Positions 38,703 through 50,836 are shown, counted from the stretch's first letter. The stretch is DNA of 64,000 bases from Fistulifera solaris (GCA_030295235.1 AP026148.1:744001-808000); one strand, 5' to 3'. The notes: a model not told the origin generated them from the sequence alone. Numbers and translations are program-made.

Positions 38703-39770
38703 TCATGATCGACTTCGAATATTTCTCCATGCTTCCCGCATCCGTCGTGCCTGACCCTCTGTGAAAACATCGTCACAGCCTAAAGGAGCGTAATCCATAA
38801 TGTTGTCTAAAGGGTCTACACCAGGCCGATCCGGACAACTATCCGGCAGCGGGTTGGGACATGCACCAAAAGTTCGTCCATAGTACCAGCTTTGTGCGTT
38901 CGTGTCGTCTACCAAATCTCCTGGAGAACATCCACCGTCAAACGTGTGAAGAAGATTCAGCCAGTGTCCTATAATAGAAAAGAAAGTCGACCAGTGAGCC
39001 TTAGCAGAAGAAGAGAAACGCAAAAGGCGATCGAAGATAATAGCAAACTTACCGACTTCATGCGCCAGTGTCGTTTTATCGGTAGCGCAATCGGTATCGA
39101 CCACAATGCCGTCCCCCTTTCCCATGACCTTGGCATTCTCCGCTAAGTTTGCGTAACCGCAATAGCGACCACCAAACATCCTGGCTGCTTTGTAGTAGAC
39201 ATTGAGTGTTTTGAAACCCCCTTTTCTGTGTTTCTTTTCCCTATTGTTTTGTTCGACGGTATTCCATTCAGAATCATACCAGGTTTTATCCACTACGCGA
39301 TTCGTCGCGACGACATTCAGCTGAAATCCGGTCGAGAGAAGGAGTTCGTTTGTTATATCGATGTTTTCCTGTAAAATTTCATCCGATAAAAAACCGGTTT
39401 CGTTATCTTTTTGAATGGCGTGGATGTATGTGGTGATGTTGACAAAGCCACCATTCTCCGGACCGAAGTCTTCATCGTCAATATCATCCTCAGGGTTGCA
39501 TCGAAACAGACGATTATTAGAGTTTGACCTCCTTTCCTGCTCATATTGAGCAAGGGATAAACGCTCTTGCTGTGCGACGGCCATTTCTTCAATGGAATGA
39601 ACATCGGGCGCTTGAAATCCACAACCATGAGGAGCATCGGAAAGATCTCGTCGATGATGAAGGTGATGGTGATGATGAAGGTGATGAGAGTCGTCATGCT
39701 TCTCGTGATTATGCGCGAGGACAGCGGATGCTGTAAGAAGACCGATAATAATGGAATCGATTTGCATCAT
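38703..39770 (-). CDS. Secreted M43 (pappalysin/ulilysin-like) zinc metalloprotease A; intron 39052-38969
   Basis: After splicing: HEVGHWLNLLHTF zinc motif and Met-turn NIMDY; cysteine-switch-like HGCG; signal peptide plus His-rich N-terminus. Confidence 0.9.
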   Translation of the reverse strand: MMQIDSIIIGLLTASAVLAHNHEKHDDSHHLHHHHHLHHRRDLSDAPHGCGFQAPDVHSIEEMAVAQQERLSLAQYEQERRSNSNNRLFRCNPEDDIDDEDFGPENGGFVNITTYIHAIQKDNETGFLSDEILQENIDITNELLLSTGFQLNVVATNRVVDKTWYDSEWNTVEQNNREKKHRKGGFKTLNVYYKAARMFGGRYCGYANLAENAKVMGKGDGIVVDTDCATDKTTLAHEVGKFAIIFDRLLRFSSSAKAHWSTFFSIIGHWLNLLHTFDGGCSPGDLVDDTNAQSWYYGRTFGACPNPLPDSCPDRPGVDPLDNIMDYAPLGCDDVFTEGQARRMREAWRNIRSRS

Positions 39771-42198
39771 TGCGGCACAACAAAATAAAAAAATACTCCG
39801 TATCTCTTTTAATTTTGTATTTTGTGTCAACCAAGTCAATAATCAACAGCATCTCTCCCTCGTCAACAAGTCAACTTGGTAAAATTCTGTGTTTCTTTAC
39901 AACGTTCTTGGCAACTTTCAGCGTAAGTACATAAGCCCTCTCATCATTTTCTTGAAAATCAATCACTAATCGGAAACCACAATACAGAAATGTACAGCAA
40001 AATGCAGCGCAATACTTAACGTCTGCAAGTCGATAAGAAGACAATTAGGATATCAGTTGTCAGTTTGGTTTAAGCCTGAATCCGATGATCTTCGAAATCT
40101 GTCACAGTTGAAACTTTTCATTTAGTACCTGGTACATTGCAGATTGCAGAAGAAACTGGCGCGCGCTCCGGTCACGTGATTGCCCTCTTTCTTCTTGGAA
40201 GGAGAAACAAGCGAAGGGCACGGGTTTATGTTGATGCGATGCGAATGACACAGGAAGTATACAACGATGGCAGCGATTTATAATAACAAAGAGGAATGCA
40301 ATAATTCACAGTAATCATTCGTGAAGTCTTTTGCCTGAGTCGTAAGATCATCAAAATTAAAGCTGAAGACATGACGACGACAGAAAGATAATTCACATTT
40401 TTTACTTCACATCTCTTGCAATTCCTGTCATCGCGAGACCTTTAATGATAAACAGAAGACAATCGAATGCATCCTTCGCTTTCTTAACCGAGAGGATTCT
40501 GTCTGATTCGACGAATTCACTTTTCCAAGACTGAAAGGTGGGTTCTGCATTGGAACGCCGGCACTTTCCAAGCGAAGGGTCGGCATCAGCGCTCTAGGAG
40601 TGGGCAACGGCGGCGGAAGCGTCAGATTCATCCGTAAATGCTGCCTCATCCAAGCGAACGCCTCGAATTCATGGACCGTTTCATTACGTAACTGATCAAT
40701 CAAGGAATCGGAGAAAAGGGATTGCGTCCGCAAGTTGAGACACTGCTGACCCAATGTCGATTCTTGAATGGGAAAATGCGGAGCTGAGAAGTCTTTCTTA
40801 GAGAGCAATTGCATCTAATTCCCATGACTCGGTGCAGCGTCGACCAGGTGAATTGCGTTTTGATTTTCAGGTGGCAGCTGAACTTTGGCCTTGTTCAGTG
40901 AGCGGCGGTTGGTCGTTGCTTTACTAGCACTTTGGTCGCGACAGAAGTGAGGGTGCGAAAGCATCTGACAATCGGTCGGAAAGCCATGGCGAGTTGGCGG
41001 TGACCGGTTACTTTCGAAACCTCCCGCGGTACACCTTACAAACGAAACTTTCGTATTTCAAGTTGCCAAAGAATCTCCACAGCCATTTCACAAAGAGGGC
41101 GTTGGGGTCGCAAATGACGACAGCGGTTCCATTGAGAGCCCAAAAATTGCTTCCTGCTCCATTTTTCGACCATTCCTAGTGCATCTGCGCTCGATATAAG
41201 TCAACATCAACATGAACGTTGGTACAAATGAGTGAGACTTGCTTGAATCATGATGCATTTGTGCGCAAAAAAAACTTCGTACCCTCTCTAGAAACGTCGG
41301 TTCGCTGTTGAAATCTAGCGTGTACGTAAAAATCTCTGCTGTGGGGAGATGATTAATTGCGTGGGTGAATTCGCTCGTGTTTCGAGCCGGTTGTGAGCTG
41401 TTCGATGCTCCCTCCGCTGGCCTTGCCACGTTATCTAATTTCTCAGACAGAGTATCCTGGGCAGGGGGTTTGATATCGTCCAGTTTGGGACTCGCGTCAT
41501 TGTCAAAAACTTCCGTCGGATTTGACGCAAATGTTAAACCTAACCTTTTCTCAAATAATGATGGTGAATGAGGAATAATCAACAGTCGATCTTTTCAAGA
41601 TTCCTTTTTTTTAGGTGACGCACCTCAACCATCAACAAGCGCTAGTCTGCTAAGAAGAAGTACGGAGTAGATCTTAGATTTAGATTGGTACAGTAAGTAG
41701 TACTACGAACTTCTCTATCCAAGTTCGAAGTTGAAACTTTAGAGGGAGAATAGTGGTATAAAATGAGTCCGGATACCTGGTACGGATCGTAGGTATTTTG
41801 AGGCCGGGTACCTTAACGAGGATAGTAAATGACATCGTAGAGATTTCAGGTTCTGCAGCTTTTCTTTCGCAGCACAGACAACAGACAGCATAAGCAAACG
41901 GCAAAAGCCAGTAAAAATAAATTAATACTTCTTCTTATCACAACCAAATACATTTGATATTATCTGAAAACTGATAATTACAGGATAGTGATTTGTTAAT
42001 CTGTGATCTGAGGAAGATGGAGAGATGATGATGATTGATTCAAACAAAATGTGAAATGGGTGGTGCTGGTGCGCCTGCCAAAGATGCCGATATCTTCGGT
42101 TGACGAAGATCTTGACACGCAGGATTTGACCTGAGCCACACAAAATAAGCAATCTTTAAAATAAAACGCAACAACGTATCTTTTGTATCACCAAGGCC

Positions 42199-42999
42199 AT
42201 GAAGATCACGAACTACGCTATCGTCTTTGCGACCCTCCCTACCTTGACGGGGGGAGCTCGTCATTCCTCTTGCAAGCCGTTCACGGAGATTTACGCCGAT
42301 GGAACGGAACTTTGCGAGAAGATGTTTTCTGATGCCTTTGTCGTCGTCCCCGACGATCAGCCGGCCTATCACATGTGGTTCTTTGATACGGATAACAATC
42401 CGAACGACCAAGTCACTCGTGATATCTTCGGCACGGAACCTCTCGAAGAATGCAACGTGCAGTACTTTCACAAGGATGTGCCGAGCCCGGAAGGCGACGA
42501 CATGGGCGAGTGTCATCCGTGGAAGCAGCGTTCTTGTTGTCATGGCTCTACGGTTGCCAGTGCCGAAGAACTGAAGACACTCTACGGCGGCGGCCCGGAC
42601 AAGTGCGGAATCATGTCGGATGCGTGCGAACGCTTCTTTATCTTTGAGTACTGCTTCTACGAGTGCGAGCCCTCAGTTGGTCTCTTCCGCAAGTTCAACG
42701 ATAATCAGACAGATCATCCGGACTTTAACACCTGGCAATTGTATCAGATGCCTATGAAGAAAAGTTACTGTGATGCATGGTTTGACGCCTGTAAGAACGA
42801 TTTTTACTCCCAAGAAAGCTTCTCGCCGGAAGAGCCCAAGGAAGTGAACAAGCTCGGCATCTCGATGGGTGTGATGGGTGTTCTTTTTTTCGTTCTTTGT
42901 GTCTTTTCCGCGTTCTTGGTCCACCGTGAACGCAGTGGTAAACCCATGTTTGGTACGTCAAAGTCGGTTCCTCCGGCAGAAGGCAATGTCGGTATTTAA
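42199..42999 (+). CDS. Folate-receptor-family (FOLR-like) protein, copy 2 (intact, type I membrane)
   Basis: 266-aa ORF: signal peptide, Cys-rich FOLR domain, C-terminal TM and short tail. Confidence 0.9.
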   Translation: MKITNYAIVFATLPTLTGGARHSSCKPFTEIYADGTELCEKMFSDAFVVVPDDQPAYHMWFFDTDNNPNDQVTRDIFGTEPLEECNVQYFHKDVPSPEGDDMGECHPWKQRSCCHGSTVASAEELKTLYGGGPDKCGIMSDACERFFIFEYCFYECEPSVGLFRKFNDNQTDHPDFNTWQLYQMPMKKSYCDAWFDACKNDFYSQESFSPEEPKEVNKLGISMGVMGVLFFVLCVFSAFLVHRERSGKPMFGTSKSVPPAEGNVGI

Positions 43000-43033
43000 A
43001 TAAACGGGCCGTGTAACAACGTGATCTTGTGAA

Positions 43034-43163
43034 ATGATACTTCTGCCGCGGGAGCTTTGTGATGTGGGTAATGGCTGAGAAATGAAAGAGTCGAAAGATT
43101 CTTTGTTGACCGTTCGAACCTGAACATGGTAATGCATGCGAAAGGGAAGGTGAGATGTGTCAT
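43034..43163 (+). ncRNA. TPP riboswitch aptamer in the 3' region of FOLR-like copy 2
   Basis: Same core as 38459-38589 (GCGGGAGC..GCTGAGA..GACCGTTCGAACCTGAACATGGTAATGCATGCGAAAGGGAAGG); hairpin loop GAAA instead of GGAA; weaker P1 5' strand TTCTGCC. Confidence 0.85.
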
Positions 43164-43294
43164 GGAAATATTATCATCTATGTTGTTACAATGCAAGAAA
43201 GTAGAAAACATAGTAGTGAAAACGTTATCTATGAATCTATTATGAAAAAGGAGGTTCTTGCTATCGCTGTGGCTATCCTATTGAATCGATATCT

Positions 43295-44443
43295 TCACCG
43301 ACTGCGAATGTTGTTCCAGGCTTCTTGCATCCGTTGGGCTTGACCTTTGGTGAATATATCATCACATCCCAAGGGAGCATAATCCATGATGTTGTTCAAG
43401 GGATCCGGCCCTGGTTGATTCGGGCATGTATCCGGCAATGGATTGGGACAAGCACCACTCGTTCGTCCATAATACGATTTTTGCGCGTTGGTATCGTCCA
43501 CCAAATCTCCCGGCGAACATCCACCCGAAAATGTGTGCAACAAGTTCAGCCAATGACCTAAAGAATGAAAGTACAAGATGACAAGTTAGTGAAATGTCAT
43601 ACGCTACTTTCACTACGGTCGATGATTATGGAACGTACCAACTTCATGTGCCACAGTCGTGCGATCCAATGCACAATTGATATCAATGGTGACACCATCA
43701 CCGTTTCCTACAGCCGCAGCATCTTCCGCAAGATAAGCATAACCACAAAATCTACTGCTTCCGGAAACGGCAAGTTTGAAATAAATATTGAGTGTGTTGA
43801 TTCCTCCCCTTTTCAATTTGGCCTGCATATCTTGTTCTTGTGCTGATCCCGATTGTGCCTGGAACCAGTCGTCGTTTTGTACACGGTTGATGGAAATGAC
43901 ATTGATTTGAAATCCGGCCGTTGATAATAAGCTGTTCGCGACTTGAATACTCTGATTCAGCGTGCTGTCGGAAAGAAACCCCTCTCCGTTTGTCCGAGAT
44001 ACGGCATGTATATACGTCGGAATGGAGACTTGAGAATTCCAGTTACCACCGCCACCACCACCGCCGCTATCATTTCCGCCACCGCTTCCACCGCCATCGC
44101 TTCCGCCAGTGTCGTCTCCATCCCCCGGATTCCAAGCACTTCCACCTCCACCTCCTCCTCCACCAAAGGAAATAGAACAGCCGCCTTGTTGTTGCTCATA
44201 CTGTCGTTGTTTCAGTGCGAACTGTTCTTCTTCGACACGAGCGACCCGTTCTTCCTGTTCGGCTTGTAATTGATAGATTTCGTGCACCGCCGGTTCGTGG
44301 AATCCGCAGCCTTGCGGTGTTTGGGCTAGTAGTTGCTGTAATCGACGGTCTCCGTGATGGTGGTGTTCATGGGCCCCTACGAGCGCTGGTATCATCCATA
44401 GTGGTAAAAGAGTGAGGCATTTTGGTACAATGGAGCAAAGCAT
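43295..44443 (-). CDS. Secreted M43 zinc metalloprotease B with Gly-rich insert; intron 43638-43558
   Basis: HEVG|HWLNLLHTF with the intron at the same codon as in paralog A; NIMDY; QGCG; HEHHHHG after the signal peptide. Confidence 0.9.
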
Positions 44444-45690
44444 AATGAATGTTCCGATTCAATTCACTTGCTTCGGACACGATTTTGTTATTGTTGTTGT
44501 TGGTAAGCGAAAACAGAAATCGAGCAATCAGGAAGAAATTGCAAGTTTGTTGGGACTGCACAACGAAGAAGACTCCGCTTTCACAAGTACTGGTAGTAGT
44601 TTGGAGTTTGGAGTCGATTGGCCGAATTGGGGTGCTATTCGGTCATTTCGGAGAAGTCCTTGGGGGATAGTCCAGTACTTGGTACTTTTCGAATCCTCAC
44701 TCATGCAGTACACTACATGTCCTCTCTTGTTCTTTACGTTCTGTTCTTAGAAGATTATGGATCATGGCAATCTATTATCGATTCCAACTCATGTCTATGA
44801 AGTACGGAATCCGAAGAAACAAAGACCGCGAAAAAAGAGCGGACCAAGGACCAAGATGACATTTTGTATTTTGTTGGGACTATTGATTCCAAAGTACCCC
44901 GGAGTAAGAAGTATTGGTTGATTGGCTGGGTGCGGTGGACAGACGATGATTTGCGATGATTGATGATGGCCACGTCCAAGCTTTTCTGAATGCGCAACAA
45001 TTCAAATTCAAACATCATCTCTTCAAAAGGAGATCACAAATCGAAGTCACAACGAAACGGTAAAGGAGTGGTATTGGTGAAAAAGTCGGCTTCTTAATAA
45101 TTTGAGTAAGATCGGCGACTATACGAAGCCGTCGGAGAGCACACAGCAACTATGATCGTATGATTTAGGATTGCATACAAAGTAATTTGCGCGCATAAAG
45201 CCTTTGTCGTGATGTAAGAATTGCTGGCCGTATCGGCACATATCTTTTACGATACTGGTACTTGCTTCCAATGGAAACGAGAGGGGGAAAAGGGTTCAAA
45301 ACTTTGGAGTAGCAAGACTGTGATTTGTAAAGACGGTGTTGAGCTAGTTGTATCGCTGCTATCCGTATCCGGCATCAAGTGCATTCTTGATACAAACGAC
45401 ACAGATTGGATCATTCACAACGCAATTCGGTGTTAGGTTTGGGATCATTTAGCCATCAAACATGCTCAATCTTTCAGAAAACAGATGAAGGAATTCAGAA
45501 TCAGCGGAGGGACGCGATCATCACACGAGTGCACCGTTAAGACAAAGATATAAATGATGAAATACTAATTGCAATCCTAACGTTCAGTAATGAAAATCAT
45601 TATCAAAGGAAGTGTCGATGGGCATTCACATTCATCACCACCTAGGGCCAAGCCCTTTTGTGGGTTGGAAGCAGTGAGTTATTACTTCGA

Positions 45691-45933
45691 TCAAAGATCG
45701 ACCGAGCCACCATCCTCTCGACACATAACGTCATTTTCATCGATGAGATCCAGGGCGCGCTGAAGAATGTCACTGAGCTTACGCATTCGTGCCAAATGGT
45801 CTCGTTTTCTTGAATTCCTTGTCGAAGCCGAATGCACCGAACGAGTCTCCATAGTGATGAACCCTTCGAGAGTGCTATTTGCGACTCTTGCGGAAGAGGG
45901 ACATTTGGTTTCTGAACTCGTCAGTGAATGCAT
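45691..45933 (-). CDS. Small hypothetical protein (80 aa)
   Basis: ATG preceded by AACC; C-terminal amphipathic LSDILQRALDLID segment; no family assigned. Confidence 0.4.
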   Translation of the reverse strand: MHSLTSSETKCPSSARVANSTLEGFITMETRSVHSASTRNSRKRDHLARMRKLSDILQRALDLIDENDVMCREDGGSVDL

Positions 45934-47306
45934 GGTTCGAAGAGTTGTTAGATTTTATGATGAAAAATCGAGTTGCGCACCATGAAACGAGGTGCGTAGT
46001 GCGTAACGGAACGGAAGACTCCGTGCGGATTAGACGAAGTAAAACTGTGTTTCTACTAGAGGTTCTTGCACGTGCAGCCGTTTTACTTGATTTCTTACTA
46101 TACACGTAAAGGTAACGTCCGAAGGGGCAAGAGGTGACGCAACCTTATGCGTTGAAGTTATGTTTCACGTTTTAGTCAGCAATTCAATAATTCGTGATTT
46201 CTATTGCCTACCTTTTACCTCTCTAAACAGCTCTTGATGTAAAAAGAAATCGTTAAGTCATCCTTATTCAAATATTTCCGACAGGGAACATGGAATGCCT
46301 TCGAGGGCAATATAGGGGGTACCTATGTGCCTAAATGTACCTATGTAGAAGAGAGAAATCAGAAATCATTCGCTGACCGGTAACCGGTGACCGGTGTTCG
46401 GTGACAACCTAAAGATGCATGACGCAGTTCTTTTCAGATCTAGTTTCGTGAAACCAGTAAGTTCAAGTTGATTCCGTGGAGTTGACTGGTTTACTTTTTA
46501 CTTTTTACTCCATTATTTTTCGTTGAAATGAAACCTCTTGCTTATTAATAAGTACCAGGTACGGATGTAGGGACAGAAGGCATGGTCTCTCTCTCAGAAT
46601 CTAGAATCTAGATTGAAGTACCGGTACAGTACCAGGTAGCGCTTAGCGATTCCGATGGGTTTCGCTGGAGACTTCGGATCAGGGAGAACGGCGAAGTTAT
46701 ATCCTTTGTCGATTCTAAAAAGAGCGATTGAACTTGGCATTCAGATGCTCATTTAGAATTGATACTTTACCGGCATGTTTCATGGAAGTATTTCACCTAT
46801 TGGGCCATAGATTCGCAGTACCTATGGCCCCAATTTTGCAGCGAACGAAGTAAATATCTCTCGGTCGTAGGATATTCATAAATTTGAACGCATTAGAAGT
46901 TTAAAGGAAGTGACATAGTCGCATTACTCTTTTCTTCTATCTTTTCTATATTTGCAATATCAGAACAAGGTAACATCGCACCACTTTTCCGTTAATTTAG
47001 GCGCCTGGCACAATCTTTCGTCGCGAAGCCTAATCTATAGAGATGAATTGCGGTATACGTTTTTGGTGCATTCTGAAAGCCAATAACACAGACATTTCTA
47101 CATCTATCAGCAATTCAGATGGAAAAGCTCGATAATCCATCACCCATTGCTAGCAACTATATACAGAACAACGGTTTCTCGACCAATCGAGACTCCACCG
47201 CGCATTTTTGACTATTCCACCAGCTCATAAACAGAATGAATGAAATCACACAATTCGTTGTCAATATAGATTAGCATGCAAGGAAACGTTTCGAATGCTC
47301 TATCTT

Positions 47307-48024
47307 CTATGATCGGCCTCGCCCTCCACCACGTCGACGGCCACGTCCCGCAACTCCACGACCCGCATCTCCGCGTCCTCCTTCTTGAATCCGAGTGCTG
47401 GTGCCCATGCTAGACTTTTGCGGCGGGTGATTTCGGGGGATTTCCGTCCTTCGGTGCGAACGAAATCACCATTTTCATGCCATCGGGGATCTGGAATCCC
47501 TTTTGCTCCATGGCTTGTACAGCGGCAACCACAGCTTTTCTAGGTGGAGGTTTTACGACTACAGGAGGCGCCTTTGCAATGGCTTTGGCGGTTTTTGTTG
47601 CTTTTTGCAGCATCTTGGAATCCTCCATACGATCTTTTCGGGTCGCCTGTTTCGTTTTGAGATCCGTTTTCGGGTGCGGTTTGTTTTGACGACGTCGTTG
47701 TCGAGCGCGTTTGACTTGTGCTTGTTCCACTTGCTCTTCGATCTGTTTCTTAGTCGAAGGAGCGTTTGCGGCGGGCGTGCGACCTCGCTTGGCATCCATA
47801 ATGGCTTGACGCCGGACACGATTCTTCGCTACCGAGCGATCCGCGTTTTGTTCTTTGCGACGACTGGCAATCATATCGTCTTAGTATACGACATTATCAA
47901 ACAATGTGTTTAAAAAGGCGTGTAAGAGAGGGCCTTTCTCATTTCTGCTCGAAAATAAAGCTTCAATAACACGAAGGAGCATACCTAAGGACATGTCAAC
48001 AGTTGGTGCACTCGAAGTGCCCAT
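47307..48024 (-). CDS. Basic RGG-tail nuclear protein with Aly/REF-like 'DMSLDDMI' N-terminal motif; intron 47984-47880; frameshift near 47415
   Basis: Splicing gives MGTSSAPTVDMSLDDMIASRRK; after an A-run shift the tail reads GGRGDAGRGVAGRGRRRGGGRGRS*. Confidence 0.65.
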
Positions 48025-48561
48025 AGAAAAGACCGGCTGCACTCCTAACAGTGTCATATTGCAATCACTAGTAAAAAGTAAGTAAACAAGAAAACTGATA
48101 AGAGCAAAGGCAAAAAAAGGATTTTGGTTTGCTTTTGTATTCAATGACTCGACTCCTTAATCGCAACGAGCCGTTGAGTTGCATTTAGCAGCACAAAGCG
48201 CAACGCGGTCTTGCATCGGACGTCTGTCGCACAAGGACCGCACTATAGCACTCAAGTATTGCCGAAAGCCGAGCGAAATCATTTTAAAGTACTCCAGACT
48301 CCGGAGTATCACTTTAGCGCAAACAAAGCAAAACGTAGAAGCTGTACGTTTAGAACAACGAACAGAGAACCTGATGAGATTAGAAGCGACAGGCGCGCAA
48401 CAACATGTCATGAAGTCATGAAGCATTGCTACGTCTACGCCGAACGCCGAACAGTCCTTAACTTAATCATGATTGCAGGAATGTATTTGACAGGAATATA
48501 TATACTTATATATGTTGTGTTCACTAGATATATAATTTCATGGCAACGATAAGTGTCAAAG

Positions 48562-50836
48562 TCAGTTGGGCAAGATCTTGCTCACTTGCCTAGTCTTGTA
48601 AAAAACTCCAGCAACATAAGTCAACTTCCAAAATAGAGCAATGCAAGCCAAGATCAATAGATTTTCACCAACGGACACATCCCCCTGCACGACAGCATAT
48701 GATTTGCTCAACTCGTTCAAAACATTCGACCCAGTCGGAGGATCAACACAAAGGGTTCGGGGCAACTAGTTCTGTTGGTATAGCCTACACAGCAGGGTTC
48801 CCATGTAGTATCCTCGAACTGGTTGTACATTTGCGTGCGCACGTAATAGGAGTATGGCATCACGTAATAAAAGAGTGTAAATGGCCAGAACATGTCACGT
48901 TTGGCAATCAAGAAACCGCCGAACAAGAAACCTCCAAACCAAAAGTTCATAAATTGCAGCATGCCGAGGATCGGGTCGTCAATCCAAACACTCAAGCTTT
49001 CGGCGACGCATTCGTAAATGTATAGAGTCAGTGACCACGTGATCAAAACAATCGGAAATGTGTCACCGGGAACGTCCATAATCGCGTACGAGGGTACGCC
49101 TAACGCAAAGATGCCAAACACAATCATAATTGGTAAGACCAGTATGGTCTTTGCCAACACATAACTTAGTGGTGTCACCATGCCATTTTTCGTCTCACGC
49201 AAGATCGTTTTAAATTCGTCATTCAAAGCGTACACAGCTACAACACTCATGTTGTTGGCCACCGCGACGTGCCAAATCGTAATCCATAGTTTGTTGGCAG
49301 CTTGATTCTGATCATACTTGCGTGCCTTCAAGTACACCAAACTAAAGATGATGTTGGAAATCAAAAAAAGAACAGCACGTCCCATGTAGAGAATAGGATC
49401 GCGAGCAATCATAGTCGCACAACGACGGAACATGATGGAGACTTCACTCGAAAGAGCAGCGCGTTTCATATCTGTTACACCGGTAACCTCTTCTTCTTTC
49501 CAGTCCTTATGATGAGTCGTGGCCGCTTCGGGTCGTTTTTCTTCCCACATGTCCAAGATTTTGGTCACTTCCGCATCATCTGAGAAATCCGCATTTACCA
49601 AATCCAGAAAGTGTTCTGCAGGATTCGTCTGCACAGGCAAAGGATAACCAACGCTTTCAAAGTAAGGAACGGCTTCTTCGACGGGGCCCGTGTATGCTTC
49701 GCGTCCTTTGCTCAAAATCATCGTTTCATCGAAACTATTGTATACCTTGGTCGACGGCTGATGAATGGTACACAAGATAATGATGCGTTCCTCCTTGGCG
49801 ACACGAACAATTTCATTCATGATATTTTCGGCGGCCGCGGCGTCCTATTGTGAAAGAAAAGTCGTTGAGTAATACAAACGGTCAGAGACTTTATCATGAA
49901 GCAGGAGAAAACATTGGTAGGGGCACTTACCAGTCCGGTTGTCGGTTCATCGAGAAAAAGTAAACTAAAGGTATGAGTATGAAAAGAATTTCATTTTCAA
50001 ATGAGCCGACGGTTACTTCATACACACAAATGAACACTATTTTGAACAAAACTTACGTGGGCTGCTTCAAGAGCGCAATGGCAATACTCAAACGACGCGC
50101 TTGTCCTCCACTCAAACGCGCATTACGTGTATCCGCGCATACATCCAAGCCCATCTTGGTAATAATTTCGTCTACAACGGCGGGCATATCCGCCTTATCG
50201 GCGACATCGTACAATTCGGCCGCGAAGAGGAGCGTCTCCCTACAAGTGAGATACGGCCAGTGTTTGTCGTGTTGTACGACGACGTAACTGTGTGCTTTGA
50301 ACATTTTGTCCGTCATGGGGACGCCATTAAGTTTGACGGTTCCCCGGGTCGTACCGAATGTAGCATCCAGCGTCAATGCACTAATTAGAACCGTCTATGG
50401 AAGCAAAACGACGTTGAGGGAGGAGCATGAGATCGATGTCGTGCTTTATAAGTCGATTTTCTACTCAAGGCAGCTTACCTTTCCAGCGCCTGATGGGCCC
50501 ATAATAGCCAACACATCTATAAAAGGGGAGAAGAGAAATGATTGAATGAAGGAAAAAGGAGTGAGAAAAGCGACGCCCTTTCGCACACATTGAAAAATTT
50601 TGTTACATACGTCCCCATTTGACCGTATGCGAAACATCGGAAAGAATCTTGGTTTCTTTCGAGCCCTTATTGACCGTAAAATTCAAATTACTGAACCGAA
50701 AGACAGATGATTCCATGCCTTTTCCGTGATGACTCCGACGTGAACTATTGTTGTGGTTCTTGCTGCTGCCGGATTCATCTTCATCGACTAATTTCGGTAC
50801 TTGCTGCGTTGCATCGTTGTCTTTCTCTTCCGTCAT
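48562..50836 (-). CDS. ABCG (White-type) half transporter; four introns; frameshift near 48780
   Basis: Walker A GPSGAGK|TV, signature LSGGQARRLSIA, Walker B LLFLDEPTTGL, H-loop TIHQP, NPAEHFLDLVN, followed by a multi-TM permease domain. Confidence 0.92.

Noticed and set aside
40428..41582. ORFs 40428-40814 and 41088-41582 (-) as a gene
   Set aside because: No recognisable domain or clear splice path; may be a fragmented or decayed gene but cannot be supported.
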